From assembly GCF_001194135.2 (NCBI RefSeq), contig NC_068990.1, positions 39,637,319 through 39,692,441 of the forward strand: 55,123 nucleotides of DNA, read 5' to 3'. The notes under the pieces are model-generated. The model saw only the letters and a list, made by a program, of their open reading frames with translations, was not told the origin of the DNA and made no database searches. Of this stretch, positions 13,640-25,421 are shown in pieces. A program made the translations under genes and the position numbers. This DNA is from Octopus bimaculoides. Its lineage: Eukaryota. Within the stretch, counting starts at the first letter, position 1, and every line of letters begins with the position of its first letter.

Positions 13640-13805
13640 AGAATTCACAAAAGAACAACAGACGAAGACCGGTGGTGTAGAAAACAAACAGATGTATTGG
13701 TTTAATGCTCAGGAATTGAGAAAGTCTTTAACGTTTCAAGCCTATGCACTTCTACAGAAAGGAAAACAGAAAGAAACAAGGAGAGAAAAAATGTGTGTAG
13801 TGGTC
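13640..13805 (-). repeat. Short dispersed repeat carrying a degenerate hammerhead-like motif
   Basis: Minus strand 13761-13726 reads cctttctgtagaagtgcataggcttgaaacgttaaag. Confidence 0.4.
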
Positions 13806-14001
13806 AGCGGTCTACACATATATAGGTGCATAGATTTAACCATCTCACATCGTCTCTAATGAAAGGATATCCATAATATCCCAGAATCAGCTATAAGACT
13901 ATATCTATATCTTTTTCCTTATAAATGTCCTGAAAACTCTTCACAGCCTTGGCTTTGTTATCTCATTTTCTCTAATATATCTGTGCATGTGTGTGTGTGT
14001 G

Positions 14002-14048
<47 letters not shown>

Positions 14049-14060
14049 TTNNNNNNNNNN

Positions 14061-14105
<45 letters not shown>

Positions 14106-14599
14106 TTATCATCATCATCATCACTTAACATTTGTTTTCTATGCTGGCAAGGGTTGGACAGATTGTTAGGATCCAGTGAACCACAGGTCTGTGCTGTGCT
14201 CCAGTGTTAGCTGGATTCCCTTCTTATATATATGCATACAAAGATTCATATTTACATGTGTGGTGTGTGTTTGCCTTTGTATTATCTTATGACCGTTATC
14301 ACATATAATGCAGTCTTCTGATATACGACATTAGAGGGTCCTCTTCTTACTTTTCCATTTATATATTTTGGGTGGTGTGTACATCAAGCTACTTGTTTTA
14401 ACACCACCCTATCACTGAATACTTGTAGTAAAGTTTGCTTTGTTGCAAGCATCATTCTGACCTGGCTTCTGACTGAAGGTCACTGTGACCTAACAACGCA
14501 TGATATCCTCCACATACTTTTGATATTAAAAAGCAATTTTAAACCTCCAAAACTCGTGGACTCATGGTCATCCTAGATTGTATGCATAACCTTTTAATA

Positions 14600-16060
14600 A
14601 TACATGCAACTCATATCTTATCTCTTTATATGACACAGATCTTTTAACCCTATCTGTAAGCTGCTTCTGCTGTCCAGGCTTCATCCTAAACTCAAATGAC
14701 CTGATGAAAAGTAGTGTGTGCACATAGGTAGATTCCATTCTCTTTGATGCTAACTTTGATAATGCTAACAACGATCTCAAGTTACCCTGGTTCTAAGTCT
14801 TCCCCTGCTCGCTTCTCGAAATACATATGATTTCTCTCTGAACTCCTCCAGCTATGATCAACTCTCTGGCTATATCTCATCCTACATCAACGACACCCCT
14901 CTCATTTCCTCCTTCTCTGAATGTCATCATTCTCAAAATCTTAACGCTCATAACCTGTTTTTGGTTTCTAGCACTCATCTCATATCAATATTGCTAGTGT
15001 AGAAACTGAATCTGTTATAATATTTAGTTCTCTACATTAATTAGTTACATATTTTACATGCAAACTTGACCAATACAAAGACTCTCCAAACACCCTTGAT
15101 CTCTTTCTCACCTCTAAAACCAACCTCTACCAAACCAACACTGACTTAATGCAGCTAACTACATGACCCATGTACATACAATGCAATTAACATCTCTACA
15201 CTTCTAGTGCCTATGGTACTGCAAGTTAGTTGATTAGTCAGGGTTCTGCAAGTTTTATGCTAACTATCCTTTGCAGCACATGTGTTTCAGTTCTGTCTGA
15301 CCACTCAGAAACAGATAAGAGAGCCACCCACTGAAACTTTCATCTTAGGCATGTTTCTCACACATCAAAACTCAACCCTTAGTTCCCCAACTGATTCACT
15401 CATAGTGGCTCCACTAATGGTTTTAGCAAAACATCTGCCTACATTACATGGGGAACTCTTCCACCCTTACAAACTAGATGGCTTTTACCCTGCACCACAA
15501 TTTGTAAATTAAGTGAAACAGTGTTGTTCCTATTAACATCAGTAAAACATTTCACCATCCCTGAAACAAATTGCATAGCAGAATTGCCTGCTAATGGCTT
15601 CCATGCTCTTTCATCTCCTTGTTAAGTGATTTCCTGTCAGGTCACACCACTATGGCCTGCATTGATTTGATAGAACTCTCTCTGACCCACATTCTGTCAA
15701 CTCTAGATTGCTCTCAGTCTTGGTTTTGCCTCCCACACTCTTATCCCTAAACATTAACTTACAGTCACCTTCAAGACTGCTTTCTTCTGTACAAATGATA
15801 TCACCTCTCATTATTCCCTAACCACCTGGACTCAAGCATCATCTATATGCAATCTCATGTAAAGCTTATATTGATCTCAGAAAAGGAAACTCTGAAGACA
15901 ACATTCAATGAGATAATACCAATCTTGTCTCCTTTAGTAACACAAAGACCCCATCACTTCACATTCGAATGGATCTGTCAGAATTTTCGACCATGAATGT
16001 TTGGTTGTTCCATCTGCTAAAGACTATGGGTTCAGCCACTTTCTCAAGAGAAATTCAATA
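14600..16060 (+). mobile_element. Highly decayed CR1/Jockey-group LINE (endonuclease and RT remnants)
   Basis: PNTLDLFLTSK at 15086-15118 (LDLxxT endonuclease motif). LSDPHSVNSRLLSVLVLPPTLLSLNIN at 15678-15758 resembles SGVPQGSVLxPxLFxxFIN. FFCTNDITSHYS at 15782-15817 resembles a degenerate FLYADD. Many stops and frameshifts; outer boundaries approximate. Confidence 0.7.
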
Positions 16061-16069
16061 AAATTTTTA

Positions 16070-16290
16070 AAACATGAATAAACTAGACGTATCCAATTAG
16101 TGCTACTAATTAAATATTAGCATGACCTATCCCATTGGTGCCATCAATTAAATATTAATTAGACATTTCATAATAGTGCTATTAATTACATGTTAACTAG
16201 ACCTATTAGATTTGAAATGCTAATTAAATATTAACTAGACATATCGCATTGGAATTACTAATAAACTGGAAAATGACCTACATGTAATAT
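16070..16290. repeat. Degenerate minisatellite, ~38-bp unit, about 5 copies
   Basis: Recurring aattaaatatta(a)ctagac(a/c)tat..tt(a/g)gtgcta. Confidence 0.65.
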
Positions 16291-17254
16291 CACAGTTACT
16301 ACTTAGGTCACTTTACAAATTCTGTAATTAAAAAAACTAATAGTCTACCATTATATATACTCAGTTTAATAATGATTGAGCCAACAAACTCTAAGTTGCC
16401 CCAAGCTGATGAGGAAATCTTGAAAGTAATAACTCAATTTACAAGAATTAGCAGCTAAATCTCTGTCAATCTTGCCTTATTATCTTAAAGAAACGTTATT
16501 TGTATCAGATAAAATATGACCAAGGTTTAGACTGATTAAAGCTGGCCAAATGCACTTGAACCAATGATCAGACACATTGAGTTGTGTGGCTCAGGATCAG
16601 GTACATTAAGATTTACAAGGTGTAATTAGACAAAAAAAAAAAAAGGGCAACAGATTAGAGGTCATCAGTACATAGGAGAAAATACCTTATGGTATTCGCT
16701 ATGTCTTTGTTCTCTTAAATCCAGAAAAGATCAACTCTGGCTTTTAACATTTCAGAGTCAATAAAAAATTACAGGCTCAGAGCAGTGGATTGGCAGAAAT
16801 ATTAGAGAATCAGGCAGCATGCTTGTATTTGTCTTGGCTCTTTGCATTCTGACAGCAATGTCTGAAGCAACATTGGTGCCAAACCGTATCATCCCAATTC
16901 TGAAACTTTTCCTTTTTGGAAAGGGGAGACTCGCATGCTTAATGTTGAGAAGGAACACTTGCTTACCAGTTTACCCAAGTTTTTACATGTACTGTACTGA
17001 TGTTTGGTCAATCTTGACCTACAGACACCCTAAATAGATGACGTTCATTATTTCATGTCGAAGGAGAGCAATAATTATTTGTCACCGAGTTGAATACTTA
17101 CTATAGGAAGAGGTGAGATGAGTATTGCCTCTGCAAAGGTAACTACTTAGCCTTGAAATACAAGCCAGATATTAAATATTGCCTCTGTTGGTAGTAAACA
17201 GCTTCCTTCTCCTAGTAAAGGGCTGAATGTTTGAGGCTTTTGAATGAAGCATCT

Positions 17255-17390
17255 ATAGCAAGGTAGGGAAAACATAAGCATTGAATGCTAAGAATGCATG
17301 AAGGCTGGAAAGAAGCAAGGTGAGCATGCTTCAATGGATGTGTAATGTTCGCTAGCATACGAGAATGATGGAACACGGACACATTGAGAT
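17255..17390 (+). mobile_element. Short RTE LINE fragment (same family as 30985-31335)
   Basis: Translates LNAKNA*RLERSKVSMLQWMCNVR. Confidence 0.55.
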
Positions 17391-17493
17391 ATAGTACACA
17401 CACACACACACACACACATATGCAATCCTATGTATACAAACATAGACACACACACACTATGCACATATATACATACATACTTGTACAACATAT

Positions 17494-17544
<51 letters not shown>

Positions 17545-18259
17545 CATATATATATACATATATATACACATACATACATATATACATACACATATACATA
17601 CATATAATTTCTAAAGTAATTTCCAAAAAGGAATGAAGAACCTGAAAGATTTATTCTGTTCAAATTTCATGAACAATTTTCCCCACTATATTACATTACA
17701 TTATATTAATTTTTAATAATTTCTCTTTTTCCCTTTTTTTTCCATCCACCATTATCTTTTCCATAAAATGTGATAACTGTCTATATAATATGCCAATGCA
17801 CACCGTTGTTATTATTATTATTATTATTATTATTTATGCTATGTATTATTTTTATAATAAAAATATTAAGATTAATCATTATTATTAGTATTTGATAAAT
17901 CCTTGGAGTTGCTGTTGTCATTGCTCTTGATGTGTAGTAGTAGTAGTAGTAGTGGCAGTGGTGGTAGTGGTAGTGGTGGTGGTGGTAGTGGTGGTAGTAG
18001 TAATAGTACTGGTAATACTTGCTTATTATTGTTGTTGGTGTTGTTGTTGCTACTGTTGTTGTTGTACTTGATTTATTTTTTTAATATAATTTTGGTTTTG
18101 CTTTTGAACATTTTCAAGATTAACGTTAGATGAAGAAGGACGAGTGATGCAAAAAAAAAAAAGAAAAAAGAATCATAAATAGAGGAGTGAAAAAAATTTG
18201 TTAAGCAGTGAAATATTTAAAGAAAAATAGATCAGAAAAAAATGCCAGCAGACTAAGAT

Positions 18260-18297
<38 letters not shown>

Positions 18298-20639
18298 CAC
18301 ACAACACATGTATATATAACACACTCACACACATATGCACACACATGTATATAGCATATATATTATAACATTTATATATACAATTAGTAAATATATATAT
18401 ATATATATATATNNNNNNNNNNNNNNNNNNNNNNNNNNNNNNNNNNNNNNNNNNNNNNNNNNNNNNNNNNNNNNNNNNNNNNNNNNNNNNNNNNNNNNNN
18501 NNNNNNNNNNNNNNNNNNNNNNNNNNNNNNNNNNNNNNNNNNNNNNNNNNNNNNNNNNNNNNNNNNNNNNNNNNNNNNNNNNNNNNNNNNNNNNNNNNNN
18601 NNNNNNNNNNNNNNNNNNNNNNNNNNNNNNNNNNNNNNNNNNNNNNNNNNNNNNNNNATATATATATATATATATATATATATTTCATAAAGAAAATGTG
18701 ATATTTCTTCATAGATTGAAATACAAGGAAAGATAAATGAAATGTAAAAATGTTGTTGTGGATGGAGTGGTGGTAGGAGGGAGAAAAATAAGGCAGGAGG
18801 AGGGGATACTTGAAGAGAAGGAGAAAAAAAATAAGAGGGTGGGAAGCAGAAAAAAATTTTCTCTGTTAAATAATGAAGAAAAAAATTTTTGTATTATATT
18901 GAACTTTCATTGAAAATGTTCTAAGGCAAACTGAATATGATCTGATTTAAAGAAAAATGGTGCTCAATATATACATATGTATGCGTGTATGTGTGTATAT
19001 ATATGTGTGCACATATATATATGTGTGTGTGTATGTATCTATAATAAATAATAAGTAAATAAATACATATATAAATAAATAAATAAATGATAGGAATAAC
19101 ATAAAGAAGTATAGAAATGAAAATGAAGTTAAATTGAAAAAAAAAAAACTGGTTGTTGTTATTCCTATTAATATTAAGATATTTATCACTATTATTATTA
19201 TTATTATTATTATCATTATTATTACTATTATTATATGGAGCATCAACATCATCATTACTGTCATGTTCATCGTTATCATCATGATTAATAGCATTGACAT
19301 TTATATTATTGTTTTTGTTGTTGCTATAGAGATTCATATAGTTCTTATGTGTGTGCATGTCCACGCATGTATGTATGTATGTATGTATGAACACACACAC
19401 ACACACACATACGTATCTAGACATATACATGGATAAACTATTCTTATTTTCAACGAATCAAAATACAGTTTTTTCCTAAAATTTTTGTGTAAAATCACAG
19501 CCTACAGTTTTTTTCTTTCTTCCTTTTTTAGTTCTTGCATAAATATTTAAAATTGTCTGGAGATGAGAAACATGAAACTTGGAGTAATGATGCCTGCAAT
19601 TTCAATTTTAAAAAAAATCTGTAGCTACATTTCTCTTACAGGGTAGTCACTTCTTACCTCTTGTACTTCTTTTCTCTATGCCACATCACTAATTGACATT
19701 AATGCCAACTTGAGAGAACATTATTTCTTGCATTGGAACTTTTGTGGCTTCAATCTTGGTCTAGCTGCATGGTTTGCCAGCCAACATGCAGGATGTTTTT
19801 GCAAGACACCAATCATGTAGATGGCCACTGGCTCATCGTCCATTTTACAGATCTTGCTTTTTAGTCCTGTAGGGTGTCTGCTACACCCTCCTCACCTGGC
19901 AAACTTGCAGGCAACAATGTGTATTTACATGGTTTCAGGTTCATTCCCAGTATGTGGTACTTTTGGTAAGTATCTTCTATAAGAGCCACAGGCAAACACA
20001 AGTTTTGTGAGTGGATTTGGTAAACAGAGACCCTTTGTATGAATGCGTGTGTGTGTGTGTGTGTGTAAACGTACATATATATATATATCAGAGAAATTCA
20101 AGCATTCTACGAGACACATCTATTTGTTCATAGAGCAGAAAGTTAGGTATTGAGAGTTAGAACAATTTTGAAGATATAAGATAAATGAGGTAATTATATT
20201 GTTAGATTAGATATATAATTTCAACCTTGTATTTCATGCCCACCAGAGACAAAGTTTTGATTAACTATTATAGATTTTTTATTCTTGAACATGCTAGCCA
20301 AAATCAGATTGTGCTTAAGTTAATTTATTTGTATTTCAAAGTTGTAATCCTTGACTTTATAGAAGAAAATTAATCCCTAAAATTAATGATACAGATTTTG
20401 ACACACTCCCACTTAGTATGTATTCTGTCTTAGCTGTGCATATAACCATTCTTTCATCCATTCAGAGACGATGAAATATATACCAATTACACACTGGGGT
20501 TGATGTAATCACATTCACCCTCCTCCAAAATTTCAGGCCTTGTGCCTATGATCGAAAAGAATATTACATTGTTACAGTTTGTAATACCACTTTTAGATAC
20601 AGCAACACTTACTAAAACATCTAGTCTCAGAAGACTAAA

Positions 20640-21100
20640 ATATCAAAACTATTCAAGAAGCCTGCTGACATAAACAACCTACTAAAAATTCTAGGAATTA
20701 TAAACAACACCTCTATAACATTCCCAACACACATTGAAAACCTAGTTAAGAAAGCAAAACAATGCATAAACCTACAGACAACAATCATACAGATACCACC
20801 ATCAGTCAACAGAGAGAAACAGAGAGAAAATTGTGTGCAAATAATGCATTAGATCCACTCCAAGCCAAGCCAGCACTACCTGGATCTTAATCTCTCCACA
20901 ATAAATCGCAACTGACTACGAAGTACACAAAACAGTGCACAATGCATCATCACAGGTTATACATACACAACACCCACATATCATCTACACAATGAAAGAA
21001 GACTGCTAAAAATTAAGGACTACCAGGCATGCAAGGAGTACAGTTTATAGCCATTGCAAATTTCAATCTTCACACTCATTTCCTTTCATGGGAAAACTAT
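20640..21100 (+). mobile_element. LINE fragment C-terminal to RT (I/Jockey group)
   Basis: Translates DINNLLKILGIINNTSITFPTHIENLVKKAKQCIN and LRSTQNSAQCIITGYTYTTPTYHLHNE, resembling KILGxxFDxxLTFxxHIxxIxxKA and LQxxQNxALRxITG..TPxxHLHxE. Confidence 0.7.
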
Positions 21101-21275
21101 CTCCAATCATCTATTAGAGACTCAAATAATGCTACTACAACACTGTCAGTACAATTCCCCTCCCATCAGATAAGTATCAAAGACACATACATACATAGTA
21201 ACAGTTGCATCATCAATAGCTTCTTTAACCCTAAATATTGTGGAGAGCTAATTTGTATGTATTTTATGTCTATAC

Positions 21276-21319
<44 letters not shown>

Positions 21320-21321
<2 letters not shown>

Positions 21322-21769
21322 CATATGGTATAGTTATAAACAGGGCACTCTGTCAACTGAAAAAAAATTATGAAGAACCTTAATTAATTTTCAAACCTTA
21401 TTGGATTCTCATCAGAGGCATCTACATCATTCTGACAGTTTCCAAAGAAACAAGCAGCCAAACTGTTTATATACTCAACAAATGAAGCAGTTACTCTATG
21501 AAAGAATCCCTAATTCGCATACTAAAAGTGTTTAATACTCAATAAATACCAGCGGCCTTTCAACAGGGATCTTAGTCAACACAATATCAAGGTATGATAT
21601 AATAAATCTGTAACATATGGTATAATTATAAACAGGGCAAATTTTAGCCATTTCTCTATTGACTGAAAAAAATGATGAACAACCTTAATTGATTTTCAAA
21701 CCTTATTGGGTTTGCACCAGAGGCGTCCACATCATTCTAACAGTCTCCAGAGAAACAAGCAGCCAAACT

Positions 21770-21785
<16 letters not shown>
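21320..21785. repeat. Tandem duplication, 292-bp period; related dispersed copy at ~970-1230
   Basis: catatggtata..aaacagggca..ccttaatt(a/g)attttcaaaccttattgg..gaaacaagcagccaaactgtttatata starts at 21322 and 21614. Confidence 0.8.
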
Positions 21786-21800
<15 letters not shown>

Positions 21801-22468
21801 CTAGACTACCCATGACCTCTTGGGTTACCAATAGTTCAAGGTACCCAATAAAGCTGCGTATCTCAGGAATTCGTGGTCCGGTTTATGCAAAACTTCTGTT
21901 ATTCGGTGTGTATTCACATTTCAATGGCACCTTACTTTCAAAGCATTTTCCCCATTATATGCTGGTTTGGCTGTTTATAAAGGTACCTGAAAAAACATGT
22001 ATCTCGGTAACCCGTGGGCCAATTTACACGAAACTTGTTTTATTCCATTTGTATTCACATGAGCATCTGATTCGTGATGTCCCCTACTTTTGTCTCTTTC
22101 TCTCTATTTCTCCAGATGCTCAGCACTTATCAGTCTCATCGATCCTTCTATTTGCCTGCCTGTCCTGTTCTTGAGTAAATATTTCGTAAAGGACCCATTC
22201 ATGCATCAGTGTGAAATAATTTTTTCCACAGGTTTTTTCAAGTGCTTTCAACATATCTCACCTCCAAACCCACCGCAAGCTACTTTTCTACCAGAAAAAA
22301 AAGTGGGGGGGGTGGGACCTCGGAGTGTCTCGAAAAACTCTAAGTTTCCCACCAATGGAGTTTTGGTTCATGGGTTGTTTTTTTTCCTTTTCTAGGTTAT
22401 TTCGGTTGCTTTTGATGAATGTGACATCGAAATAACACGTAAACAGTTCGTATCTTCAGAAAAGGAAA

Positions 22469-22581
22469 GATTTGGCTGCTATTTCTTACACGCCCTGCTA
22501 CCACATAACAGCTATTTTGGGTCCTTTATTGCAAATAGCTGTTACGTGGTAGCAGGGCATGCTAGAAATAGCAATCAAATC
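22469..22581. repeat. Hairpin with 48-bp arms and a 15-nt loop
   Basis: 22470-22517 is the reverse complement of 22533-22580 with about 6 differences. Confidence 0.9.
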
Positions 22582-22729
22582 CTTGGCCATGAGATATGTT
22601 CAATGCACTTGAAAAATGCCTATGGAAAAAAATAATTTCACACCAAGGTTACAAACGAGTCTTTTACGAAATATTTACGGTATTTTAAAGTCAGTTTTAC
22701 TTAGAAATATTTTTTAAATATGCCAAAAA

Positions 22730-23593
22730 AAAATAAAGCTTTTCTTCCAAGTAACTCACAATTAGGTTTGCATGTGAGGGTGTAAACCTCGTCCCATAGC
22801 CATGCCCTTTAAATGTTGATATTTTTTATTATCGAATCTGAAGGTGTTTTCTTCTAGTACCAGGCATGTGGCTTTGGTGATGAAGTCAGTTTTGAAGCAG
22901 TCATTTATCTGTCTTCTATGTTTCTCGACCTAGTATTTGACTGCTTCAAGGCCCAAAGTGTGAGGTATATTGGTCTAAAGATTGGTGACACCATAGCTTG
23001 TAAGTATGGTACCTTCTGGAACAGTAGATGAAATGTGCTGGAGGAAATCTATGGTGTCCCGTATATAGCTGGGTATTAATGGGCATAAAGGTTTTAGGAG
23101 TATGTCCAAAAAAAGATTCAATTGTGGTGCTTTAGGCCCAGCAACAATTGATTTCAGTAGGTCTTAGTATTTTTACGTATTGGTTCCTCTGCTCATTTAT
23201 AGCTCTCTGTGTTTCGGGGCTTTTGTAGATTTTGGGTAATCCATAGAAAATGCTCTCTTTCATTACAAAGTTGCATAAATAATCTTTCTGTTTGTCTGCG
23301 AAGGAAACTTGGCATTCATTAATTAGTGCTTTGATCTTATTAATTATTACTTTTTCCAGGTGTCTTGCTTCTTCCTTGTAGTAGGTTTGGTCTGTTAGAA
23401 TTTCCAATATTTTATCTTTATAGTTGTCTTCTTCCATGATTACTATCACCCCTCCCTTATCAGCTTCTTTTTGGATGATTGAATTGTCATTCTTCAGTGT
23501 TAGTAAGGCTTCCTTTTCTTCTTCACGAAGGTTTTGTTTGCATTTACGGGTACTTGGGGTAAATTTCGAAATTGTGTCTATATATATATACAA
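22730..23593 (-). mobile_element. Penelope-like element (PLE) reverse transcriptase fragment, disrupted by stops and frameshifts; GIY-YIG endonuclease not seen
   Basis: The ORF track peptide has NLREEEKEALLTLKND..KEADKGGVIVIM and FYGLPKIYK. Manual translation continues LDILLKPLCPLIPSYIRDTIDFL..SYGVTNL*TNIPHTLGLEAVKY*..ENTFRFDNKKYQHLKGMAMG and, after a frameshift, TRFTPSHANLIVSYLEEK. These match PLE RT motifs (ADKG, YGLPKxHK, SxDVxxLYTNIP, GxAMG). Confidence 0.9.
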
Positions 23594-24885
23594 AAATAAG
23601 AGGAATGACCAACAAATGTGGACTCCTATATGCTAGAAATAGATGCCGAATCATCTAACCACGAAAAAAATATGTTCTCAGTAAAAAATTTAGCGACACA
23701 ACAGACTGTAAAAGGGCAAGACAAATGAAAAAATACTAAATTAAGAAAGATTAACCTACGTACCATGGTTTCACCTGTTAACATTTACATAAGTAAATAT
23801 CTGCAGGATCGTCAGCGTAGTATGTCGATTTGAGAAATAATTCCCAGAACTAGACACAAGACGTCCACCCGCGATGGAGCACGTGTAGAGTTCTACAAAT
23901 TGCATTCGGTGTATCCTTTCAAATGTCTTCAATCTGGCGCGCTAAGTCCGGAAATAATTCTGCAGTTACTAAATTTTTGCAGCTAATTTACCGGTTTGAG
24001 AGTATCAATTATTTAAAATTTATTAATGAGGGTAGAAATTGATATTAATCAATTAAAACCAGTAGTCTAGAATATTAAAAAAAAATCCGAAGATTAAAAT
24101 TATATTACATACAAAAATAAGAGGAATGACCAACAAATGTGGACTCCTATATGCTAGAAATAGATGCCGAATCATCTAACCACGAAAAAAATATGTTCTC
24201 AGTAAAAAGTTTAGTGACACAACAGACTGTAAAAGGGCAAGACAAATAAAAAAATACTAAATTAAAAACTATTAACCTACGTACCGTGGTTTGGCCTGTT
24301 AAAATTTACATAAGTAAATATCTGCAATGGAGTACGTGTAGAGTTCTACAAATTACATTCGGTGTGTCCTTTCAAATGTCTTCAATCTGGCGCGTTAAGT
24401 CCGGAAATAATTCTGCAACCGGTTTGAGAGTATCAATTATTTAAAATTTACTCTCAAACCGGTAAATTAGCTGCAAAAATTTAGTAACTGCAGAATTATT
24501 TCCGGACTTAGCGCGCCAGATTGAAGACATTTCAAAGGATACACTGAATGTAATTTGTAGAACTCTACACGTGTTCCATTGCAGATATTTACTTATGTAA
24601 ATTTTAACAGGTGAAACCATGATATGTAGGTTAATCGTTTTTATTTAGTATTTTTTCATTTGTCTTGCCCTTTTACAGTCTGTTGTATCGGTAATTTTTT
24701 TACAGAGAACATATTTTTTCCGTGGTTAGATGATTCGGCATCTATTTCTAGCATATAGGAGTCCACATTTGTTGGTCATTCCTCTTATTTTTGTATGTAA
24801 TATAATTTTAATCTTCGGATTTTTTTAATATGCTAGACCACTGGTTTTAATTGATTAATATCAATTTCTACCCTCATTAATAAAT
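23589..24885. repeat. Three copies of a ~0.35-0.5 kb unit: two direct (about 23589-24110 and 24111-24449) and one inverted (about 24450-24885); possible PLE pseudo-LTR array
   Basis: caaaaataagaggaatgaccaacaaatgtggactcctatatgctagaaatagatgccg occurs at ~23591 and ~24112, and as its reverse complement at ~24735-24793. The array lies directly upstream (minus-strand sense) of the PLE RT. The repeat structure is seen; the pseudo-LTR identity is inferred. Confidence 0.8.
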
Positions 24886-25372
24886 ATATATATATATATA
24901 TATATATANNNNNNNNNNNNNNNNNNNNNNNNNNNNNNNNNNNNNNNNNNNNNNNNNNNNNNNNNNNNNNNNNNNNNNNNNNNNNNNNNNNNNNNNNNNN
25001 NNNNNNNNNNNNNNNNNNNNNNNNNNNNNNNNNNNNNNNNNNNNNNNNNNNNNNNNNNNNNNNNNNNNNNNNNNNNNNNNNNNNNNNNNNNNNNNNNNNN
25101 NNNNNNNNNNNNNNNNNNNNNNNNNNNNNNNNNNNNNNNNNNNNNNNNNNNNNNNNNNNNNNNNNNNNNNNNNNNNNNNNNNNNNNNNNNNNNNNNNNNN
25201 NNNNNNNNNNNNNNNNNNNNNNNNNNNNNNNNNNNNNNNNNNNNNNNNNNNNNNNNNNNNNNNNNNNNNNNNNNNNNNNNNNNNNNNNNNNNNNNNNNNN
25301 NNNNNNNNNNNNNNNNNNNNNNNNNNNNNNNNNNNNNNNNNNNNNNNNNNNNNNNNNNNNNNNNNNNNNNNN

Positions 25373-25421
<49 letters not shown>

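Noticed and set aside
23589-24885. Regularly repeated units as a CRISPR-like array or LTR retrotransposon
   Set aside because: Units are hundreds of bp with no unique spacers, there are no cas or gag/integrase genes, and no TG..CA ends or PBS are evident.
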